64,000 nt of DNA, taken from an uncultured bacterium (GTDB taxonomy: Bacteria > Edwardsbacteria > AC1 > EtOH8). The translations under genes were made by a program, and so were the position numbers. The stretch is taken from contig CAWAAX010000026.1 in the NCBI GenBank assembly GCA_963780225.1, forward strand, positions 96,001-160,000. Direction: 5' to 3'. Positions 57,496 to 64,000 of the stretch are shown in pieces (position 1 is the stretch's first letter; each line of letters begins with the position of its first letter). The notes beneath the pieces were generated by a model. That model made no database searches and was not told the origin of the DNA. It saw only the letters and a program-made list of their open reading frames with translations.

Positions 57496-57843
57496 ATGAT
57501 AAGAAACCAGTTCTATTCGCAAAAAAAGCTTTTCCTTGCCAAACTAATGCGCCAAAGAATGACTCCGGCAGAAAAGGTATTTTGGCAGGCGGTAAAGGGA
57601 AATAAAGTAAAAGGACTGCACTTCAGGCGGCAGCAGATCATCAAAGGTTTTATCGCAGATTTCTACTGTGACAAGCTCAAGCTGGTGGTGGAAATAGACG
57701 GCGGCATACATGAATCACAAAAAGACTATGATGCTGAAAGAGACAAGGTGATCAAGGATCACGAAATAAGAGTGATACGTTTTACTAATCAAGAGGTCCT
57801 GAACAACATAGCAACTATCATAAAGCAACTGGAGTCCATTTGA
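57496..57843 (+). CDS. DUF559 (Vsr-like) endonuclease
   Basis: MTPAEK.FW, FRRQ, IADFYC, VVEIDGGIH, D..RD and VIRFTN motifs. Confidence 0.9.
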   Translation: MIRNQFYSQKKLFLAKLMRQRMTPAEKVFWQAVKGNKVKGLHFRRQQIIKGFIADFYCDKLKLVVEIDGGIHESQKDYDAERDKVIKDHEIRVIRFTNQEVLNNIATIIKQLESI

Positions 57844-59597
57844 TGAAAAAACTCTTATCCGGCAACGAAGCAGTGGCCCGGGGGGCCTGGGAGGCGGGGG
57901 TCAATGTGGTCTCGGCCTATCCCGGCACGCCCTCAACCGAGATACTGGAGAACCTGGCCAAGTACAAGGAGATCTACGCCGAGCTGGCCACCAACGAAAA
58001 GGTGGGGCTGGAGGTGGCGGCCGGAGCCTCGTTCGCCGGGGCCCGGGCCCTGACCTGCATGAAGCACGTGGGGCTTAACGTGGCGGCCGACCCACTGTTC
58101 TCCATGGCCTACATCGGGGCCAGCGGGGGTTTTGTGATCGTCTCGGCCGACGATCCCGGCATGCATTCCTCCCAGAACGAGCAGGACAACCGCTACTACG
58201 CCAAGATGGCCAAGATCCCCTGCCTGGAGCCCTCCGATTCCCAGGAATGCCTGGAGATGACCCGTCTGGCCTTTGAGCTTTCGGAAAAGTACGACACCCC
58301 GGTGCTGCTGCGGCTGACCACCAGGATCTCCCACTCCAAGGGCGTGGTGGAGCTGGGCGAGCGGAAGGAGCACAAACCCACCGGCTATGTCAAGAACATC
58401 GCCAAGAACATCACCATCCCGGCCCACGCCCGAAAGATGCACGCTAAGGTGGAAGAGCGCCTGAAGAAATTGGCCGAGTACGGCGAAAGCTTTCCCTACA
58501 ATAGGATAGAAAAGGGGGACCAGAAGCTGGGGATCATCACCAGCGGCATTTCCTATCAGTACGCCAAGGACATTTTTCCCGGAGCTTCTTACCTGAAGCT
58601 CTCGCTAACTTTTCCCCTGCCGCAGAAGCTGATCGCCGGTTTCATCAACTCGGTCGATGAAGTTTATGTGATCGAGGAGAACGACACCTTCCTGGAAGAA
58701 CAGATAAAAGCCATGGGTTACCAGGTCAAAGGCCAGAGCGCTTTTGAGAAGGAGATCACCGGTAAATCCAAGGTGCCGATCCTGGGCGAGCTGGATCCCA
58801 CCGCGGTGGCCAGAAGTTTTGGCCTGCAAAAAGAGCCGGCCTATCAGAACATTCAAGTCCCTGGCCGGCCGCCGGTGCTGTGTCCCGGCTGCCCGCACCG
58901 CGGGGTGTTCTATGCCCTAAACAAGCTGAAGCTGACGGTGACCGGCGACATCGGCTGTTACACTTTGGGGATGATGGAGCCGCTCAACGCCATGGACACC
59001 GTGATCTGCATGGGCGGCAGCGTCACCGCGGCCATGGGACTGGAGAAGGCGCTGGGCGTTGAGATGGCCCAAAGGACCGTGGCGGTGATCGGCGACTCCA
59101 CCTTCTTCCATTCCGGGATCACCGGGCTGATAGACATGGTCTACAACAATTCCCAAGGGACGCTGATAATCCTGGACAACCGGATCACCGCCATGACCGG
59201 GCACCAGGAAAACCCCGGCACCGGCAAGACCCTGCAGGGGCAGGAGGCCCCGATAGTGGACCTGGAACCACTGGTCAGGTCGTGCGGGGTCAAGCATGTC
59301 CAGATCATCGATCCCCTGAACCTGAAGCAGACCGAGGCGTCTATCAAAGAAGCGATAAACAATCCCGGGGTCTCGGTGATCATCGCCAAGTCGCCCTGCA
59401 TCCTGATCGAGAAGAAATTCCAGCCGGCATTGAGGGTGGACGAGGACAAGTGCATCGGCTGCAAGCTTTGCCTGAAGCTGGGATGCCCGGCCATTTCGTT
59501 CGACAAGGCCAAGAAAAAATCCCATATAGATCCCCTGTACTGCATCGGATGCCAGGTCTGCGCGCAACTTTGTCCTAAACAGGCCATGGGACGTTGA
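57843..59597 (+). CDS. iorA: Indolepyruvate:ferredoxin oxidoreductase alpha subunit
   Basis: GNEA, YPGTPS, KHVGLNVAAD, SSQNEQD, CPGCPH, GDIGCY, IGDSTF; two C-terminal 4Fe-4S motifs. Confidence 0.95.
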   Translation: MKKLLSGNEAVARGAWEAGVNVVSAYPGTPSTEILENLAKYKEIYAELATNEKVGLEVAAGASFAGARALTCMKHVGLNVAADPLFSMAYIGASGGFVIVSADDPGMHSSQNEQDNRYYAKMAKIPCLEPSDSQECLEMTRLAFELSEKYDTPVLLRLTTRISHSKGVVELGERKEHKPTGYVKNIAKNITIPAHARKMHAKVEERLKKLAEYGESFPYNRIEKGDQKLGIITSGISYQYAKDIFPGASYLKLSLTFPLPQKLIAGFINSVDEVYVIEENDTFLEEQIKAMGYQVKGQSAFEKEITGKSKVPILGELDPTAVARSFGLQKEPAYQNIQVPGRPPVLCPGCPHRGVFYALNKLKLTVTGDIGCYTLGMMEPLNAMDTVICMGGSVTAAMGLEKALGVEMAQRTVAVIGDSTFFHSGITGLIDMVYNNSQGTLIILDNRITAMTGHQENPGTGKTLQGQEAPIVDLEPLVRSCGVKHVQIIDPLNLKQTEASIKEAINNPGVSVIIAKSPCILIEKKFQPALRVDEDKCIGCKLCLKLGCPAISFDKAKKKSHIDPLYCIGCQVCAQLCPKQAMGR

Positions 59598-59637
59598 CGG
59601 TACTAACGATAAGCGTAATAACGTAGGGGACGCAAAG

Positions 59638-60006
59638 ATGAATAAGTTCAGAGATCTTAGGGTTTACCAAAAGGGAGTTAAATACTCAAGAGCCATTTAT
59701 GATATAACGGCTAAATTTCCCAGAAGTGAAATACTTGGCCTGACCTCACAAATAAGAAGAGCCTCATACTCTATTGTCTTGAATATTGCCGAAGGGGCCG
59801 GTAGCGGCTCGGTAAAAGAATTTCATCGCTTTCTTGATATTGCGCAAAGATCCACTTTCGAAGTTATGGCTGGACTGGATATCGCACGGGAAATCGGACT
59901 GATTGAAGATTTGGATTACCAAAGTAACCAACAAGAGGCTGTTGAGATTAGCGTGATGCTCAAAGGATTACAGCGTAGCTTAAAGCAAAATAACGCCAAA
60001 CGTTAA
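59638..60006 (+). CDS. Four-helix-bundle protein (23S rRNA IVP / Avd-like)
   Basis: FRDLRVYQK, FP..E..GLTSQIRRA..SI..NIAEG and FL.IA..S..E motifs. Confidence 0.9.
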   Translation: MNKFRDLRVYQKGVKYSRAIYDITAKFPRSEILGLTSQIRRASYSIVLNIAEGAGSGSVKEFHRFLDIAQRSTFEVMAGLDIAREIGLIEDLDYQSNQQEAVEISVMLKGLQRSLKQNNAKR

Positions 60007-60039
60007 ACGTTAATACGTTACTACGATAGAAAGGAAACA

Positions 60040-60612
60040 ATGGACACAGTAAATATACTTATCTGCGGAGTGGGCGGCCAGGGAGTGCTTTTGGCCGGGG
60101 ACATCATCGCCGAGGCGGCCATCGCTAGCGGCTTTGACGCCAAGAAGAGCGAGGTCCACGGGATGGCCCAGCGGGGCGGCAGCGTGGTCAGCCATGTCCG
60201 CTACGGGCAGAAGGTCAACTCGCCCCTGATCCAGCAGGGCACGGCCGATGTCATCCTGTCGTTCGAGGAGATGGAGACCGCCCGGTACCTGGACTTCTTA
60301 AAGTCAGGCGGAACGGCGGTGATAAACCGCCAGCAGGTGATGCCCATGACCGTGGCCACCGGGGCCGCCGAGTACCCCCAGGACATAGTGGAGCAGATCA
60401 AGAAACAGGGGGTGAAGGTGGTGGTCTGCGACGGGGTGAAGCTGGCCGAGCAGTCCGGAAGCGCCAAGACCATCAACATCGTGCTGCTGGGGGCTCTGTC
60501 AAAGCATCTCAATCTTCCGGCCGAAAAGTGGATCGAGACCATAGCCGGCCGGGTGCCGCCCAAGACGGTGGAGATGAACAAGAAGGCCTTTGAACTTGGG
60601 CAAAAAGGGTGA
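60040..60612 (+). CDS. iorB: Indolepyruvate:ferredoxin oxidoreductase beta subunit
   Basis: GVGGQG and EVHGMAQRGGSV motifs. Confidence 0.93.
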   Translation: MDTVNILICGVGGQGVLLAGDIIAEAAIASGFDAKKSEVHGMAQRGGSVVSHVRYGQKVNSPLIQQGTADVILSFEEMETARYLDFLKSGGTAVINRQQVMPMTVATGAAEYPQDIVEQIKKQGVKVVVCDGVKLAEQSGSAKTINIVLLGALSKHLNLPAEKWIETIAGRVPPKTVEMNKKAFELGQKG

Positions 60613-60622
60613 AGAATACCAT

Positions 60623-60705
60623 GCCACGAAGACACAAAGACACTAACGGGTATTTAATGAATGAATAGTTGTATATCGTATTTTGTGACTTGGTGTCTTT
60701 GTGGC
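60623..60705. repeat. 8-mer terminal-inverted-repeat mini-element
   Basis: GCCACGAAGACACAAAGACACTAA .. TTGTGACTTGGTGTCTTTGTGGC. Confidence 0.75.
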
Positions 60706-60722
60706 AAAAATATAGGTAACTC

Positions 60723-61487
60723 ATGACTGAAAATACGAACCTACCGCCTTACGGGCAGATAGCTCCCATCTACGACATCCTGATGTCGGACGTGGACTAT
60801 AAGTCCTGGGCGGAGTACATCCTGAAACTGTTGGAAAGGGCCGGAGCCAAGCCCGGTCAGAGCCTTTTGGACCTGGCCTGCGGCACCGGGGCCATGACCC
60901 TGCTTTTGGCACAGGCCGGCTATAAAGCCACGGGAATGGACCTTTCGCCGGAGATGTTGCAGGTTGCCCGGCAGAAAACAGCAGATCAGGGCTTGGCGAT
61001 GGAATTCTTTCAGGGGGACATTCGGAACTTTAAAACCGGATGTAATTACAATGTAATTACCTGTTTTTTTGACAGCATCAATTATCTTTTAACCCCGGAG
61101 GACGTGGCCGCCTGCTTTGCCTCGGTCCACCAAGCACTGGAGCCGGGCGGGGTCTTCGTCTTTGACGTCAATACCATCCATGCCCTGTCGCATTTTTGGG
61201 GCGATAACACTGAAATGCGGAATGACAAGGGAGTGATATCTGTTTGGAGCAACCGGTACCTGCCGGCTGCGCAGACCTCGAATCTGGAGTTGACGGTCTT
61301 CATTCCTCGGGGAGAGCTTTATGAGAAAATCACAGAGCACCACCAGGAGCGGGCCTACCCGTTGGATGAATTGAAACAGGCTTTGAACAAAACCGGGTTT
61401 TTTCTAGTGGAATGCTTCCGTCAGAACAGTCAGGACCAGCCGTCAGAGGAAACCAAAAGGGTGACCTTCCTGGCCAGTAAACCTTAA
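60723..61487 (+). CDS. Class I SAM-dependent methyltransferase
   Basis: LDLACGTG, DLSPEML, DSINY and LEPGG motifs. Confidence 0.88.
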   Translation: MTENTNLPPYGQIAPIYDILMSDVDYKSWAEYILKLLERAGAKPGQSLLDLACGTGAMTLLLAQAGYKATGMDLSPEMLQVARQKTADQGLAMEFFQGDIRNFKTGCNYNVITCFFDSINYLLTPEDVAACFASVHQALEPGGVFVFDVNTIHALSHFWGDNTEMRNDKGVISVWSNRYLPAAQTSNLELTVFIPRGELYEKITEHHQERAYPLDELKQALNKTGFFLVECFRQNSQDQPSEETKRVTFLASKP

Positions 61488-61503
61488 ACTGAATGTCAGA
61501 AAA

Positions 61504-62766
61504 ATGAAATTCATAGCCGACCTCCACATCCACTCCAAGTTCAGCCGGGCCACCAGCCGGGACATGGACCTGGAGCACATCTGCGAGTGGGCCAAGTTCA
61601 AGGGCATAGAACTGCTGGGCACCGGGGACTTCACCCATCCCGGCTGGCTGAAGGAACTGCGCTTTAAGCTGGAGCCCAAAGGCGGCGGGATATACCATTA
61701 CCGGGGGGTCAACTTCATCTTCTCGGCCGAGGTCTGCAGCATCTTCACCAAGGACGACAAGGTGCGCAAGGTCCACACTCTGCTGTATGCTCCGTCGCTG
61801 GAGGCGGCCGAGGAGATCAACGCCCGGCTTAAGGTCCACGCCGACCTGACCAGCGACGGCCGGCCCATTGTGCCGGTCTACGCCTCGCGGATGGCCGAGA
61901 TGGTCCTGGAAGCCTCCCCGGAAGCCATGGTCATACCGGCCCACATCTGGACGCCGCATTTCTCGCTGTTCGGGGCCAACTCAGGTTTCGACTCCATCGA
62001 GGACTGCTTTGAGGAACAGACCCCCAACATCTTTGCCATGGAGACCGGGCTGTCCTCGGACCCGGCCATGAACTGGCGGCTGTCCGCCCTGGACAAGTAT
62101 TCCCTGATCTCCTGTTCCGACGCCCACAGCCCGTCCCGGCTGGGACGCGAGGCCTGCGTCTTTGACTGCCAGATGGACTACGCTACGATCCGCCGGGTCT
62201 TGAAGGACAAGGATAAAGCCCGCTTTTTGCAGACCCTGGAATATTTCCCCCAGGAGGGCAAGTACCATTACGATGGACACCGGACGTGTAATATCAGGCT
62301 TTCGCCGGCCGAGGCCAAAAAACACAAGGGGCTTTGCCCGGTCTGCGGCAAGAAGATCACGGTCGGCGTCCTGCACCGGGTGGAGGACCTGTCTGACCGG
62401 CCCCAAGGCTATGCGCCGGAGAATGCCATTCCCTTCAAATCGCTGGTTCCGCTGGAGGAGATCCTGAGCCTGGCCCTGAAGGTCGGCACCGGCACCCAGA
62501 AGGTAAATCAGGAATACCACAAGCTGATCTCGCATTTCGGCAGTGAGTTCAACGTCCTGCTGGAAGCCCCGGCCGGAGAGCTGACCCGGGTCACATCTCT
62601 TTCGGTGGCCGAATCGATCTTGAAAATGCGGGCGGGGAAGGTTCACATCCTGCCGGGATATGACGGGGAGTTTGGAACGATAAGCTTCGATGAGGGCAAA
62701 AACGAAAAGAAAGAGGAAGAGAAGCCGGCCAAGGGTAAGGGGAAAAAACAGATGGAGATGTTCTAA
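61504..62766 (+). CDS. Endonuclease Q-family PHP protein
   Basis: DLHIHS, GTGDF, PAHIWTP, ETGLSSD, SDAHS..LGRE, GKYH; Zn finger C..C..CPVCG; PGYDG. Confidence 0.85.
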   Translation: MKFIADLHIHSKFSRATSRDMDLEHICEWAKFKGIELLGTGDFTHPGWLKELRFKLEPKGGGIYHYRGVNFIFSAEVCSIFTKDDKVRKVHTLLYAPSLEAAEEINARLKVHADLTSDGRPIVPVYASRMAEMVLEASPEAMVIPAHIWTPHFSLFGANSGFDSIEDCFEEQTPNIFAMETGLSSDPAMNWRLSALDKYSLISCSDAHSPSRLGREACVFDCQMDYATIRRVLKDKDKARFLQTLEYFPQEGKYHYDGHRTCNIRLSPAEAKKHKGLCPVCGKKITVGVLHRVEDLSDRPQGYAPENAIPFKSLVPLEEILSLALKVGTGTQKVNQEYHKLISHFGSEFNVLLEAPAGELTRVTSLSVAESILKMRAGKVHILPGYDGEFGTISFDEGKNEKKEEEKPAKGKGKKQMEMF

Positions 62767-62773
62767 AAGCAGA

Positions 62774-63580
62774 ATGCAGAAAACGAATATAAAATACCCG
62801 GTCAAGGACTGGGTCTTCTTTGACATCGGGAACGTGATCTTTTATGACCTGCCGCTGTTGGCCAGGATATGGAGCAACTTTTATCTGACCCTGAAGGAAG
62901 CCGGATGGCAGGCATCATTTGAACAAGTGATGGAATACCGGGAACAGATCTTAATGGTGGATTCTATCGGCAGGACAACGCCCATGCGTTTGATAGCCCA
63001 ACGATACGCCCCCGGCATTCCCGAAAGCATCCGGCAAAAGGCGGTGGAAGGCTGGGATCACCTGTATCCCGGCGCCAACCACCCGCTTCCCGGCATAGCT
63101 GCGATCATAGAACAGTTGCGCGGCTCTTACCGGCTGGGCATCATAGCCAACCAGCCGGGCCTGGCCCTGGACGAACTGGAGAAGCACGACCTGAAGCACC
63201 TGTTCGACCGCATAATCATCAGCGACCTGGTGGGCTACCACAAGCCGGATGTCAGAATATTCGAGGAGGCCTTAAGGCAGACCGGGGCCGAGCCCAAAAA
63301 CTCGATCATGGTGGGCGACCGGATAGACAACGACATCCGCCCGGCCAAAATGCTGGGAATGAAGACGGTCTGGCTGGACCAGGATTTCAGGACCATTTCC
63401 TATGCGCCCAAGGATGATCACGAGAGGCTGTACACCCAGAGCTATATAAAGATCACCGGGATAGATCAGGGGATAAAAGGCCCGCAGGACCGGCCGGATG
63501 AGATCATTCAGACCATAGATCAGTTGCCGGCGGCATTGAGCCGGATCAGCGCCGGGATAAAGGCAAATGATCGCAGTTAG
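62774..63580 (+). CDS. HAD-superfamily hydrolase
   Basis: FFDIGNV, IIANQ, KPD and VGDRIDND motifs. Confidence 0.85.
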   Translation: MQKTNIKYPVKDWVFFDIGNVIFYDLPLLARIWSNFYLTLKEAGWQASFEQVMEYREQILMVDSIGRTTPMRLIAQRYAPGIPESIRQKAVEGWDHLYPGANHPLPGIAAIIEQLRGSYRLGIIANQPGLALDELEKHDLKHLFDRIIISDLVGYHKPDVRIFEEALRQTGAEPKNSIMVGDRIDNDIRPAKMLGMKTVWLDQDFRTISYAPKDDHERLYTQSYIKITGIDQGIKGPQDRPDEIIQTIDQLPAALSRISAGIKANDRS

Positions 63581-63807
63581 ATTGTGAGCGGGACCTACAT
63601 TATTCCGAAGTTGTATCTATTAAACACTTTTATCATACTTTCTTATGACTAAGAAAGTATGCAAAGAAGTCTTTTCCGCCGAAGTTCCGCGGAAAGCAAG
63701 GCTTACGCCCCGGCAGTCATTGGACCAGAACGTGCGGAAAGCCAATAACGCAATGCCTGCTTTTTCGGGGCTGAAGTCAAGCCGCTCCACTTAAAGGCGG
63801 GGCACCG

Positions 63808-63864
63808 ACCCCACCCTTATTCCCTCCCCGCAACGGGGAGGGAAGCCGTCAGGCAGGGAGAGGT
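63808..63864. repeat. C-rich/G-rich hairpin repeat
   Basis: TTCCCTCCCCG/CGGGGAGGGAA stem; CGCAACG apex shared with the copy at about 31530. Confidence 0.7.
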
Positions 63865-63963
63865 CCAGTTAGCATTAGTGTGACTACTTGGCCAAAGCTG
63901 TTGTTTTACCGAGGAATAGTTTTTACCATTACCGGGCAACAATTTGTATATGGAGACGAAGAC

Positions 63964-64000
63964 ATGAAAAGGATCTGGGCCCCCTGGAGGATGAAGTACA
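63964..64000 (+). CDS. Start of a HIT-family hydrolase (truncated by window end)
   Basis: MKRIWAPWRMKY, the WAPWR N-terminus typical of Ap4A-phosphorylase-like HIT proteins; GGAG RBS. Confidence 0.6.
   Translation, partial: MKRIWAPWRMKY

Noticed and set aside
63646..63793. Short ORF (about 49 aa) or ncRNA after the HAD gene
   Set aside because: No RBS, no recognisable motif, and no match I recognise to tmRNA, RNase P, SRP or 6S.

Overview
Chromosomal, GC-rich window from a diderm, probably anaerobic, amino-acid-fermenting bacterium. The FlgD-Ig/T9SS-like C-terminal sorting domains, TonB protein and IorAB fit an FCB-affiliated candidate phylum such as TA06/Edwardsbacteria, but this is unverified. 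Housekeeping and metabolic genes include uvrA (3' part), tRNA-Asn, valS, ptrB, two glutamate dehydrogenases, DDAH, LarA-family protein, asparaginase, rex, lpdA, two class-III aminotransferases, iorAB and EndoQ. There is no CRISPR array, rRNA, integrase or transposase. Two themes stand out. (1) A probable signalling module linked to glutamate metabolism: two tandem PEP-synthase/PPDK-N-like ATP-grasp proteins with a conserved C-terminal His but no pyruvate-binding barrel (one carrying a pseudo-receiver and a canonical receiver) lie between the two gdh genes. A NarX/NarL-type two-component pair sits in front of gdhA, and a Rex/CRP-type box overlaps the promoter of the second gdh. (2) The intergenic DNA holds at least six families of tiny (20-200 bp) palindromic or tandem-repeat elements that insert into one another, up to three levels deep at 43.5 kb. 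Solitary AT-rich genes are also spliced into operons, several bounded by diverged direct repeats of host gene ends or terminators. Family assignments come from recognised motifs only; no database searches were run.
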